Notes: generated by a model from the sequence alone, not told the origin. DNA of 64,000 nt from Clostridia bacterium (GCA_017560085.1 JAFYPA010000075.1:86-64085), one strand, 5' to 3'; shown: positions 28,277 through 38,341, counted from the stretch's first letter. A program made the numbers and translations.

Positions 28277-30525
28277 AAATTCGCTTCCTCCAGCTCTGCA
28301 CGGCGTATGAATTCATCCTGAAAATTCTTTTCCATCTGTGTAAAGAACCAGCTCCATCCGCTGATACGCACCTGAAGATTCTTGTGGTTTTCGGGGTGTA
28401 CCTGCGCATCACGGAGCATATTCGCATCCTGAACATTGCCCTGGAAGCCGTAACCGCCACGCTTCATAAAGGTGCGGAGAAGTCCGAGCATAGCATCAAG
28501 TCCGTCCTCACCCTTGACCGCAGAGGGGTGAAGAATATAGTCAAAGGGACAACCGTATGCAAGTCCCGTAGCATCAATCTTTGTAACGGAGTTTATAAGA
28601 GAAGTAATACCGTGTCTGTCCTGACCTATAGCGGCACTCATATTCTTTGAGAGCAAATCTCCTCTTTTTCTGCCGTCGGGAGTAGCACCGCACTTGTCCG
28701 CCCATCTGTGTGAAAACCAGATTGACTCACCGTTTACAACAAAGTGACCACCCCGTACATTCTTTCTTGACGTTACCATTGTAGTAAAATGATCAAGCAT
28801 ACGGACAGCGATTGAGTCTACCGTGTCAATGTCGTTGCCGAATTTTTCCTCGTCGCCCAGCATAGTCATACGCATTTCCTCGTAGCCTTCCCAATCGTCA
28901 AGAAGAGCGTCACGGAGAGTGCAGAGGTCAAAATCCTTGTTGTCGTAAACGTGCTTTTTAACCATCATAAGCGAGTCCGCCGCCGATGCATGACAGGAGA
29001 GGAACATTACGGTATTATTATACTTAACACCATTGTAATAAGCATCCTTGCCGTTTTTTACGCTGTCGGGCATAGATGCGGAATATATCGGTGCGGGGTT
29101 TATATCAAGAAGATGCGAGTCGTAGAAATCGGAGATAATAAAGGCTTTGTTTATAAGACATTCCGTTTGTGCGACATATGCCCTTTCAAAGTCCTCATAT
29201 GTCCTGAATTCTGAAATATCACCCGTATCAACGCCGATAAACTCACCTGTTGCAGGGTCTGTACCTCTTGTAAAAACAAGCTCAATGCCCTTGAGAAGAT
29301 TAACATACATATGCTCGGGCGTGGTTTCCTTACCTCGGGAAGCAAAGTTGTTACAGCCTGTTCCGACAAGTCTCTTTGTTTCCTCTTCCGTTCTGCCGAG
29401 CTTTCTTGAAATCTTCATTCCAAGCTCTTCGTTGATGAATACAATACAGTTTCTTCCTCTGCGAATCATCTCAAGAGCCTTCTTCAGAAATTCGTCGGGC
29501 GTACCCGGCATAACCTTGATAAAAAGCTTGGGATTTACTATGCAGGACTTGTCGTAAGCATCAAGCATAATATAGGAAAGCTCATTGATGAGAGTGCCGT
29601 TATCGTCAAATCCGCCGAAGTAAATAGGCTGTGCGTGGATGTGTCCCTGATTGGTATATTTTTCGTACAGGAACTGAAAAAGCTCCACCGCATTTTCCCT
29701 TGTGAGCCTGCCTTCCTCAAGGTCTTTTTTGTAAAAAGCGTAGCCGTCAACGTCAAGATTTCCGAGGGTTCGTACCTGAATTATGTCAACGTACTGCTGA
29801 ATAAGGTGGTAAAGATAGGTCAGCATAAGATACTGATACAAGGTCTTGGGCGTGGAGTATCTTATGTTTTCAAGACATTCTGCCATTATCGGCATTTTCT
29901 CGTTGTCGTCTATGTGCTTTTTCGCACACGCAAGGAATCTGTCAAGCAGTCGGAGAATGGCTTCGTAGGAGATTTTTATGCCGTCATAGTAAATCTTCTG
30001 TTCGTCTGTGAGAGTACCGTCCGAAATCTTTTCGGCTCTTGCTCTTTCGCTTCTTTCAAGAAGTCCCGCAAAGCCAAGACCTATAACCGAATCCCAGTCG
30101 GGAACGCTGTGGTCATAGTCACATCCGAAAATGCCCGCACCTGAAGCGGCAATTCCCTTTGCGGAATCAATAAATTCCTGCGGTCTCTGTATTTCCGCAA
30201 GCCACTCACGGTTGAGATAGGAGAGAGGCTTGAAGATAGCTCTCCTTGACAGCTCCGGGACATCCTCTGCGGAGTTGGGCTGCCATCCGCTGAAATTCAG
30301 ACCGAACCAGTCAAGAACGTTGATTTCGATGGCACAGTTGTCAAGAAGGCATTCAATCGCCTTTGCCTTGATAATGGTGTGGGGCTGTCCCCGCATACTG
30401 TCGGTGAGCGCCTTTATCTTTTCGACAAGCTCGTTGTTATCCGTAATACCGCTGTTCGGTTCAAACTCGGGATGAAGATAAAAATTCTGCGACTCGCGTG
30501 TTTCGTCAAATGTATTCCAGAGCAT
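28273..30525 (-). CDS. glycyl radical enzyme (PFL-like fold), substrate unknown
   Basis: 750 aa with the C-terminal Gly-radical motif NLQVRISGWSWFF...DEFIRRAE. 4-nt overlap with the activase gene. Confidence 0.85.
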   Translation of the reverse strand: MLWNTFDETRESQNFYLHPEFEPNSGITDNNELVEKIKALTDSMRGQPHTIIKAKAIECLLDNCAIEINVLDWFGLNFSGWQPNSAEDVPELSRRAIFKPLSYLNREWLAEIQRPQEFIDSAKGIAASGAGIFGCDYDHSVPDWDSVIGLGFAGLLERSERARAEKISDGTLTDEQKIYYDGIKISYEAILRLLDRFLACAKKHIDDNEKMPIMAECLENIRYSTPKTLYQYLMLTYLYHLIQQYVDIIQVRTLGNLDVDGYAFYKKDLEEGRLTRENAVELFQFLYEKYTNQGHIHAQPIYFGGFDDNGTLINELSYIMLDAYDKSCIVNPKLFIKVMPGTPDEFLKKALEMIRRGRNCIVFINEELGMKISRKLGRTEEETKRLVGTGCNNFASRGKETTPEHMYVNLLKGIELVFTRGTDPATGEFIGVDTGDISEFRTYEDFERAYVAQTECLINKAFIISDFYDSHLLDINPAPIYSASMPDSVKNGKDAYYNGVKYNNTVMFLSCHASAADSLMMVKKHVYDNKDFDLCTLRDALLDDWEGYEEMRMTMLGDEEKFGNDIDTVDSIAVRMLDHFTTMVTSRKNVRGGHFVVNGESIWFSHRWADKCGATPDGRKRGDLLSKNMSAAIGQDRHGITSLINSVTKIDATGLAYGCPFDYILHPSAVKGEDGLDAMLGLLRTFMKRGGYGFQGNVQDANMLRDAQVHPENHKNLQVRISGWSWFFTQMEKNFQDEFIRRAELEEANL

Positions 30526-30691
30526 AAAGTGACCTCGCTTCTGTGTTTTATTCTGTGGTCAGTATATACCCGCAGACGGAAAATGTAAATGTGTTTAATC
30601 GAATTATTTGTGTTTTTTCGTACTGTTTTGAAATCTTTGTATTGACCTTTTGCGATATATATGCTAAAATACACACGAAGGAGCTGATAAA

Positions 30692-31477
30692 ATGGAACAC
30701 ATACAGTGGCTTTCGGATTTGTGTATTTCCGAATTGCTTTTCGCCAAGACCTACACCACGGTAAAAAAGTACTATCCGATAAGAAACAAATCCCGACATC
30801 ACCACGGATTCATATACACCCTTGAGGGAGCGGAAACCTACACCTTCCGTGACAAAAAAATAACCTCACCGCCGGGTACAATACTGTACATCCCGAAGGG
30901 TGAGGCATACACAATAGAGCTTGATGACGAGGTAAATGTAGTTGTTACAATGGAATTTGAGCTTCCCGAATGTCAGGCACAGACCCGTCCGTTTCTGATA
31001 AAAGCCGACAAGGGCAACGACACAAAGAACTGCTTTCTGGAAGCGGAGCGTATATGCAACAGCAGAAGGTACGCCTCAAGCGTACTGTGTAAATCCTTGT
31101 TTTACAAGGTGGTATACAACCTTCTCTCAAGGGAGACGGGCTACCACACTCAAAAGAGCGGTCAAAGGCTCTGTGATGCGGTGGAGTACATCCACTCAAA
31201 CTACAGACGGAACGACTTCCGTATAACCGACGCCTATGCCGTATCGGGCATCAGTGCCAAATACTTCGAAACCCTGTTCAGACAGGAATACGGTGTAACC
31301 CCGAAGGAGTATCTGATTCGGCTACGCATAGAATATGCAAAGGTGCTTCTGGAGAATGAAAAGTACACCGTCAGCGATGCGGCGTTTGAGGTTGGGTATT
31401 CGGATATATATCATTTCAGCAAGATATTCAAGGCGAAAACGGGGATGTCGCCGGGGGAGGTTAAGAGGCAGGGGTGA
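30692..31477 (+). CDS. AraC family transcriptional regulator
   Basis: 261 aa with HTH region AYAVSGISAKYFETLFRQEYGVTPKEY...GYSDIYHFSKIFKAKTGMSPGE. Confidence 0.88.
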   Translation: MEHIQWLSDLCISELLFAKTYTTVKKYYPIRNKSRHHHGFIYTLEGAETYTFRDKKITSPPGTILYIPKGEAYTIELDDEVNVVVTMEFELPECQAQTRPFLIKADKGNDTKNCFLEAERICNSRRYASSVLCKSLFYKVVYNLLSRETGYHTQKSGQRLCDAVEYIHSNYRRNDFRITDAYAVSGISAKYFETLFRQEYGVTPKEYLIRLRIEYAKVLLENEKYTVSDAAFEVGYSDIYHFSKIFKAKTGMSPGEVKRQG

Positions 31478-31499
31478 GGATGTAAGGTATTGCTTTGTT

Positions 31500-31943
31500 G
31501 TGTATTATCTTAACATAAAAGACGGAAGAGATACCGAGACGGATTATTCGAGTGTTCTTATCGGAACTATTGCCGAAGAAACCGATGATGGAAATTTAGA
31601 ACTTTATGCTGTGTGTTCTGTGGTAGAAATGGGGAAAAATAAACCCCCGGCACTTATTGAGTACGGAGTTGTAGGTTCTCTTTATGCTGCTAATGCTAAA
31701 AAAACAGCAGACATTGACCATGATTGGTTTGACGATGCTATGTCACCCCGCCCCGTTCGCCGTCTGCGTAAAGTAAGTATATCACAACTTCTCCGTTCTG
31801 TCAAGGAGGTATTTGATGATACTTTATATGAGGATGTTTATGAGCATTTTGAAGTGAATATTTTTGATGGGCGGGCGTGGGCTCGCCTTTTTTCTTTTTT
31901 TGGGAGAAGGAAAGGGGAGGAGGAAAAGCAAAAGAAAGACTAA
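31500..31943 (+). CDS. hypothetical protein (start uncertain; GTG proposed)
   Basis: Open frame continuing past the AraC stop, ending in a Lys/Glu-rich tail. No motif recognised and the RBS is weak. Confidence 0.35.
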   Translation: MYYLNIKDGRDTETDYSSVLIGTIAEETDDGNLELYAVCSVVEMGKNKPPALIEYGVVGSLYAANAKKTADIDHDWFDDAMSPRPVRRLRKVSISQLLRSVKEVFDDTLYEDVYEHFEVNIFDGRAWARLFSFFGRRKGEEEKQKKD

Positions 31944-32119
31944 ATTCTCAAATATATTCGCTCTCCTCAAAAAAAGTTTGTTTTATATATTTAGTGCGAG
32001 TTTTATAGTACATATAAATATTTAAAGAGATTTATATAGTACACTACCCCGAGTATAATAAAGACATAACCAAAGCAAACAACTTCCCGAAATTCAAACA
32101 ACAAACGGAGGAACAAAAA

Positions 32120-32827
32120 ATGTGCTACATCATTACAGACAATGTTCACTATCTCGGAATGGACTACAGAGGACGTCCGTCAGTTGAAACGAAATCAAGC
32201 GAAGCTCACGAATTTATGTCCTGGATAGGGGCGGAAAACTTTTTAAGATGCCTGCCCGATGCATTCAGACGATATAAGTGGGAGATTGTCGACCTCCGGC
32301 AATGCGAGGAGGAAGGCACTGTGACCGTTGACGAATCAGGCAAAAGAATCTTCGGTAATTCCACAAAAACAACAATACTTGAGGCTGATGACTTTGATAT
32401 ATGCAATTTTTTTGATAAAGTAATAACCGTTATGTCACAGCTTGACAGATACATCGCAAATATGAAGGACGGCGAACAGCTGACGGACATGAAAATCCTC
32501 GATGTACGCCATTACATCCGCAACAACAACCACAGACTCAACGCCATCCAGATGCAGAGGCTTGGCTATTATCTTCAGGAGCTTGAAAGAAAGAGATACG
32601 GCTACAAGTCGGGACGCCTTATTGCGGAAATGTTTGCAAGCAACGTGGAAGCCCTGAAGGATAAGTCTTGCATAGACAAAATGAACGACATTGTCAACAG
32701 CCGCTACCATCCGAGAGTGCTTGAGGATTCGGATATCGAGAGCATAATCAACAAGAAAAAGGAGCTTGAGTTCCCGACGGATGCCTTTGCGACATATGGC
32801 GAAGCGGTTGGTATGGGGATAGGATAA
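32120..32827 (+). CDS. hypothetical protein (235 aa)
   Basis: ORF with a GGAGGAA RBS. No motif recognised. Confidence 0.55.
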   Translation: MCYIITDNVHYLGMDYRGRPSVETKSSEAHEFMSWIGAENFLRCLPDAFRRYKWEIVDLRQCEEEGTVTVDESGKRIFGNSTKTTILEADDFDICNFFDKVITVMSQLDRYIANMKDGEQLTDMKILDVRHYIRNNNHRLNAIQMQRLGYYLQELERKRYGYKSGRLIAEMFASNVEALKDKSCIDKMNDIVNSRYHPRVLEDSDIESIINKKKELEFPTDAFATYGEAVGMGIG

Positions 32828-32880
32828 AAAAGTATTTAAAAATATAATGCCGATAAAGACGGCAGAACGGAGCTTATTAA

Positions 32881-33045
32881 ATGAAAGTTAAGTTTATAGG
32901 AAAGTTTGATACACTCGCATTTGAGGAGGGTAAAGTATACGAGGTAATATCAATCGAACGAGGTTGGTACAGAATTATGACCGAGCTTGACGAGGATTAC
33001 CTGTTCCCACCGGAGCTTTTTGAAATAATGGAAGAGGACGATTAA
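32881..33045 (+). CDS. hypothetical small protein (54 aa; below the ORF-track cutoff)
   Basis: Hand translation gives MKVKFIGKFDTLAFEEGKVYEVISIERGWYRIMTELDEDYLFPPELFEIMEEDD. Its stop is 1 nt before the next ATG, which suggests translational coupling. Confidence 0.45.
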   Translation: MKVKFIGKFDTLAFEEGKVYEVISIERGWYRIMTELDEDYLFPPELFEIMEEDD

Positions 33046-33046
33046 T

Positions 33047-33370
33047 ATGGACTGGTTACCTATGACATACGAAGAAAAAATGCATGCGTATGGTTTAACA
33101 GAAGAAGATATGAAGGCGGATATTGATACCCTTTCGGATGAAACTGCAACATGGCGTTTTAAGCTTGAATTCAATGCAACGTCTTTTATAATGTGTTTTG
33201 CAACCGGTGACCCGGGACATTTTGACGGTGAGAACTTCAGATACAGACCAGAAGATCAGACAGACGAAGACGAAATGGCACTTATCAGAGAAAGCCTTAA
33301 GCAAAAGAAGAATTTATTCATCGAGAGATGGACAAATATTGCCCATTATTTGGATGGCGTAGACTATTAA
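33047..33370 (+). CDS. hypothetical protein (107 aa)
   Basis: ORF tightly packed behind the preceding small ORF. No motif recognised. Confidence 0.5.
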   Translation: MDWLPMTYEEKMHAYGLTEEDMKADIDTLSDETATWRFKLEFNATSFIMCFATGDPGHFDGENFRYRPEDQTDEDEMALIRESLKQKKNLFIERWTNIAHYLDGVDY

Positions 33371-33420
33371 CGAGGAACGAACGTAGCAATAACGATAAAG
33401 TGTAAAAGGAGACCACAAAA

Positions 33421-34236
33421 ATGTCATACAAAATCGGCTTCACCAGCATCTACCCCACAGAAAAGAAAAAGGAATACGCAAGCACAATTCAGGACATCCC
33501 CTGCGCTCCCCGTAAATCCGTCGTGCAGGTAAGATTCCCCGGCAGAGGTATGGACCTTGCTTACTACAACGATAAGTTCGACCTCAAGGTCGGCGATATG
33601 GTCTATGTTGACGGCAAGCTCGAGGGGCTGCTCGGCCGTGTTACGCAGGTCAATTACAACTTCAAAATCAAGCTCTCCGACTACAAGCGTGTAATTGCAT
33701 TGGTGGACACCAACGTGCACGGACATTTCCGTATGGCAGGCTCGCATTTTGTAACTCTCGACCGTGAAACACTTCCCGCACACAAGGTGAGACCGTGGTT
33801 TGTTGTACCTACCGCCGAGGATGACGAAATCGTATGTGGAAGTGATGATACATCGTTCTCTCTTGATGACCTCTCCGAAATGAATATAAGCCCCGATATC
33901 GCCGAGCGCGGTCACGAATACTACAAGCAGAACAAGGTGGTATACATATGCGTAGACGGCGCAAAGGGCTATGCAATCGTTCAGGGAAGCGAAGCATACG
34001 AGGTGGAGTTCGACTATCGCAACCGTGAAATCAGCAATCTTACCTGCTCCTGCTTCTGCAGCTTCAACTGCAAGCACGAATTTGCAGCAATGCTTCAGCT
34101 TCGCGAGACACTTGAATGGATATGCGAGCATTGCGAGGAGGAATACAACCGCTCGGAATACTTTGCGGCTGTCAGCAAGGGGGCGTTGTTTGCATTTGCG
34201 GTTGATGGTAAGGATGACGGTGGATTTACACTTTGA
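33421..34236 (+). CDS. SWIM zinc-finger domain protein
   Basis: 271 aa. The C-terminal CSCFCSFNCKHEFAAM fits the SWIM CxCx(n)CxH pattern. AAGGAG RBS. Confidence 0.65.
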   Translation: MSYKIGFTSIYPTEKKKEYASTIQDIPCAPRKSVVQVRFPGRGMDLAYYNDKFDLKVGDMVYVDGKLEGLLGRVTQVNYNFKIKLSDYKRVIALVDTNVHGHFRMAGSHFVTLDRETLPAHKVRPWFVVPTAEDDEIVCGSDDTSFSLDDLSEMNISPDIAERGHEYYKQNKVVYICVDGAKGYAIVQGSEAYEVEFDYRNREISNLTCSCFCSFNCKHEFAAMLQLRETLEWICEHCEEEYNRSEYFAAVSKGALFAFAVDGKDDGGFTL

Positions 34237-34299
34237 TTTCGAATTGTAGGTTTTGATATATGTGGCAATGCCAATTGTAATTAACGAAAGGGTGATATT

Positions 34300-35187
34300 A
34301 TGATATATTTGCAAAGCTTCAGAATGCCCACGCAAGATGCTGAGGAAAACTATTTTCTTAACCCCGGAAATTTCAGAGCCAAACAAACCTGCTATACGAC
34401 AAGGTATCCTTTTGGACTCTTTCGTTACAGGGAATTACCGGAGTTCAATTTTACCGATATAACAATATTCTGCGGTAATAACGGAAGCGGAAAAAGCAGT
34501 ATACTGAATGTTATCGCAGAAAAGCTGGAGCTGGAAAGAAATGCACCGTTTAACCGTTCGGACTTTTTTGAAGACTATGTAGGTCTGTGCCGTTATCAGC
34601 TTAACAAGACTATCCCTAAAGAAAGTAAAATCATCACAAGCGACGGCGTTTTTGAAAAGGTGCTTGATATTCGCCGTATCAACGACGGCATAGACAGTAA
34701 AAGATCCGATCTTATTGATGAATATATTGAAGAAAACAGCCCGTATGCCGAGCCTAATCTTTTAAATGGGCTGGACGATTATGACAGATGGAAACGGGTA
34801 AACAATATAAGAAACAAAAACCGAAGTCAATCCCGATTCCTGAAAGAAAACCTAATGAGGAATATTCAGGAGCGTTCCAACGGTGAGAGCGCACTGGCTT
34901 ATTTTGTTGACTCGATTCAGGAGAATGCTTTATATCTCTTGGATGAACCTGAAAACAGTCTGTCACCGCAAAATCAGTTACAGTTGAAATATTTTATTGA
35001 AGATTCGGTAAGGAATTTCGGATGTCAGTTTATTGTCTCCACGCACTCGCCGTTTTTGCTTTCTCTGAAAGGTGCACATATATACGATATAGACGAAACA
35101 CCGCCTTCGGAGAAAAAATGGACAGAGCTTGATTGTGTGAAGGTATATCACGACTTTTTTATGGAGCAGAGTGATAAATTCAATTGA
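34300..35187 (+). CDS. stand-alone ABC-type (AAA_21/COG3910-like) ATPase
   Basis: Walker A GNNGSGKSS, signature-like SNGES, Walker B LYLLDEPENSL and H-loop STHSP. No transmembrane or nuclease domain is visible. Confidence 0.75.
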   Translation: MIYLQSFRMPTQDAEENYFLNPGNFRAKQTCYTTRYPFGLFRYRELPEFNFTDITIFCGNNGSGKSSILNVIAEKLELERNAPFNRSDFFEDYVGLCRYQLNKTIPKESKIITSDGVFEKVLDIRRINDGIDSKRSDLIDEYIEENSPYAEPNLLNGLDDYDRWKRVNNIRNKNRSQSRFLKENLMRNIQERSNGESALAYFVDSIQENALYLLDEPENSLSPQNQLQLKYFIEDSVRNFGCQFIVSTHSPFLLSLKGAHIYDIDETPPSEKKWTELDCVKVYHDFFMEQSDKFN

Positions 35188-35363
35188 AGGTAATCCTTCC
35201 TCTTGTGAACGGGTGGTGCTTATTTGTACTTATGTTTTTGTACTATTTAATGTGACACATATTATACCGAATAAATCCCAAGGGATGCCCGATATTGTCG
35301 TGAGCATCCCTTTTTCTGTCAGTATCTGTATTCAATTCGCAAAACTTTCCGAGCTTCCGAAAA

Positions 35364-37397
35364 TCATCCCCTGCTCCTCGAAATAATCTCATTCTGCAAA
35401 GCCTCGGGAAGCGTCACGAAATAATCGGAATACCCGCCCACTCGCACAACAAGATTTCTGTGCCTGTCGGGATGTGCCTTTGCATCAAGAAGCGTTTCCG
35501 TATCAACAACATTTATCTGAAGCTCAAGTCCTTTTTCGGTGTAAACACGCACAAGTGCCGTAATAAGCTCAGGCGTTGCCATTGAGGGAGTAAGCTCAAG
35601 ATTGCAGGCTATACCGCCAAGGAATGGCGCGTGATTCCACGATGTCGTTGATGCAAGCATCGCCGTAGGACCCTTGATGTCACGACCCTGCACGGGATTT
35701 GTGCCGTCACAAAGCGGATCGCCCGAATATCTTCCGTCGGGGGAGGCAGGTGTTCGTGAGCCGTGACGGATATGCTCGTTATAGGAAAAGAGTGCAGGTA
35801 CGACCTTTGCACCACGGTAAGTCGTCAGCGTTTTGCAGATGTTAACAATGCTTTCCGTAAGCCTCTTTGCCATGGCATCGGGTATCTGCTCATCGTTTCC
35901 GTAGTGGGGGAAACGGTCTGTTATTTCACGGCGGAGTGCCTCGTTTTCACTCCAGTTGCTGTCAAGAATTTCGCAAAGCTTAGCCATTGTCATTCGTTTT
36001 TCTTCAAAAATAAGAATACGGATTGCGGTAAGTGCATCTGCCGTGTTGAAAAGCCCGAGGAAATTCGGCTGAATGTCGTTGTAACGCGCACCGCCCTCGT
36101 TAATGGACTTTCCCCGAGCGATACAGTCATCCACAAGCACGGAAACCCGCAGAGGCTCACCGCCGTTTACCGCACGGATTGCCTGCCATTTGTTTTCCTG
36201 CTCGTTGCCCGCTATGATGATTTCCCGCAGCTTTTTCTCGTATGCCGAATAAAACTCATCGAAGCTCTCTGCCTCTGCCGTTTTCATTACATCCAACAGC
36301 AAAAGCACCATATTGTGATAAGGACTCACCGTCCAGACAGACGATTTTCCCGATGCCGTAATTTCCACACAACAGCTGTGAATATAATCACGGGCATCCT
36401 CTACGGCATATCCGTGTGCAATCAGAGAATCGATAATAAGCTTGTCACCGTAAAATGCGGGATGTGTATAACCCTTCGCAATAAGCCGTGCGGCGGCATA
36501 AAGAAGCTCCTTTGAGGTATGCTCGTTTACACAAAGACCGATACTCGGGTCTGCCGTGCGGGTGTGTCCTATGCTGTATAAAAAGTGCCATGTCAGCTCA
36601 TTTTCAACGGGATTTCCGTCGGTATCCACACCGCCAATCATAAAGCCTACGGAGGAGCAGGAGGTGATATATGTCGTATACATCAGACAGAAGCAGTCAA
36701 CAAGCTCCTGTGCCTCTTCGGGCGTGAGAATCCCCGCATCTATGTCTCGGCGGTAATAAGGATAAAGATATCTGTCGGGACGACCTGCCTGATAAAGTCC
36801 CCAAAGAGCAAAGCTGTAGAAATGAATGCTCTGAAGTGCCTCACGGAAGGTCTGTGCGGGATTTGCGGGAACCTTTTCCAGTATGTCCGCAACATCCGTC
36901 ATTCCCATTTTTCTCGCCTTGTCAGCATACCTTTTCGCAAGACGAAGAAGTGCATAAAGCTCTGCCAATGCACCCTTGCAGAAGGGATTGTCGGGCTCAT
37001 TCTTTTGCTCGATTTCGGAAATCAATCCGTTTACGCCAAGCCTTAAAAGCTTTTCAAAATCCAATGCCATATGGTCGTGCCGTCCGGGAGCGCCGGGCAT
37101 ATCGCAGGGCATACCGAGGGCCTTATCCTCTTCCTCTGTCATAGGTGAAAAATCAGGCTGACCGACAATAAGCTCACCGTCAACAATAACCGGCTTCATA
37201 TTGTCAAGAAGATATGCATCCGCAAAGGCACGGCGGAGAATGGCATTTTCAACATCCGGACAGTTATTCCATCCCTGACGGTAAAATAGAGTCATACGGC
37301 GTGCACGGTCGTAAGGAAGCTTACAACGAGCCATTTCCGAATTCATATAAGAGGTGCGAAGAGTCTCCACACGGGGAGTAACTGCATACTCAATCAT
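35364..37397 (-). CDS. glycyl radical enzyme, short form (677 aa), substrate unknown
   Basis: C-terminal motif NLVVRVGGYSDYFVTLPEALQNEIISR. Candidate Cys loop HSCCVEITASG. PFL-like fold features throughout. Confidence 0.85.
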   Translation of the reverse strand: MIEYAVTPRVETLRTSYMNSEMARCKLPYDRARRMTLFYRQGWNNCPDVENAILRRAFADAYLLDNMKPVIVDGELIVGQPDFSPMTEEEDKALGMPCDMPGAPGRHDHMALDFEKLLRLGVNGLISEIEQKNEPDNPFCKGALAELYALLRLAKRYADKARKMGMTDVADILEKVPANPAQTFREALQSIHFYSFALWGLYQAGRPDRYLYPYYRRDIDAGILTPEEAQELVDCFCLMYTTYITSCSSVGFMIGGVDTDGNPVENELTWHFLYSIGHTRTADPSIGLCVNEHTSKELLYAAARLIAKGYTHPAFYGDKLIIDSLIAHGYAVEDARDYIHSCCVEITASGKSSVWTVSPYHNMVLLLLDVMKTAEAESFDEFYSAYEKKLREIIIAGNEQENKWQAIRAVNGGEPLRVSVLVDDCIARGKSINEGGARYNDIQPNFLGLFNTADALTAIRILIFEEKRMTMAKLCEILDSNWSENEALRREITDRFPHYGNDEQIPDAMAKRLTESIVNICKTLTTYRGAKVVPALFSYNEHIRHGSRTPASPDGRYSGDPLCDGTNPVQGRDIKGPTAMLASTTSWNHAPFLGGIACNLELTPSMATPELITALVRVYTEKGLELQINVVDTETLLDAKAHPDRHRNLVVRVGGYSDYFVTLPEALQNEIISRSRG

Positions 37398-38128
37398 TTG
37401 ATGTCGTAGCCTCCGTCTATCATAATGGTCTGTCCGATTATCTGATTTGCTTCCTCGGAGAGCAGGTACATCGCCATCGCACCCACTTCTTCAACCGTGA
37501 GGAAACGCCCCGTGGGAATCCGTGAGTTTTCCATAGAATCACCCTCGTGCCAGCCATTCATTTCGGTCGCCACAGGTCCCGGGCCAATGCCGTTTATGAC
37601 AATACCGTGGGGAGCGAAGAATCTTCCCCAGCCTCGTGTTAAGCTTACAAGTCCGCTCTTTGATGTGACATAAGGACCGTAGCCCGGCTCTGTTGCGGCT
37701 ACAGATGCGATGTTAAGAACATTTCCACGGAGTTTGCCACGGTAGAGATATTTCACGGCGGTCTGCATCATAAAGTATGCGCCCTTGAGATTTATGTCCA
37801 TAACCGTGTCCCATTCGTCTTCGGTCAGGTCAAGCATACCGATACCCCATTCGTGCTGTGGGGTAAGCACACCCGCATTGCTGACAAGGGTATCAAAGCC
37901 GTCAAGCATAGAAACACACTTGTCGAAGTTTTCCTGCATTACGGAAATGTCTGCCACATCCCATACAATCCATTTCGCACCGATTTTTTCAGCGGCGGAA
38001 CGGAGAGCTTCCTCATTTCTTCCCGTGATGACTACCTCCGCACCCGCCTCGATAAGTCTTCGTGCAATCTCATAGCCTATTCCACGGCTTCCGCCCGTGA
38101 CTATTGCTTTTTTCGTTCTGATACTCAT
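37394..38128 (-). CDS. short-chain dehydrogenase/reductase (SDR)
   Basis: TGGSRGIG, NAG and YxxxK (YVTSK) motifs. 4-nt overlap with the downstream GRE gene. Confidence 0.9.
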   Translation of the reverse strand: MSIRTKKAIVTGGSRGIGYEIARRLIEAGAEVVITGRNEEALRSAAEKIGAKWIVWDVADISVMQENFDKCVSMLDGFDTLVSNAGVLTPQHEWGIGMLDLTEDEWDTVMDINLKGAYFMMQTAVKYLYRGKLRGNVLNIASVAATEPGYGPYVTSKSGLVSLTRGWGRFFAPHGIVINGIGPGPVATEMNGWHEGDSMENSRIPTGRFLTVEEVGAMAMYLLSEEANQIIGQTIMIDGGYDIK

Positions 38129-38341
38129 AATATTTACCTTACCTTTCGGTTTGTTGAAAGCTTCCTTTGACGAAGTTGTGTTATTATACCTAATTGTAAT
38201 ATAATCCTAACGAAAAAACAATGTTTCAACGGTAACAAAATTTGTCTGCATCGTTCATTTATATGAATTTATTATGAATATTAACAGCCGATACTTGCCA
38301 ATGAAAGCATAATATGTTATTATCGGTACGGAGGTGATTTC

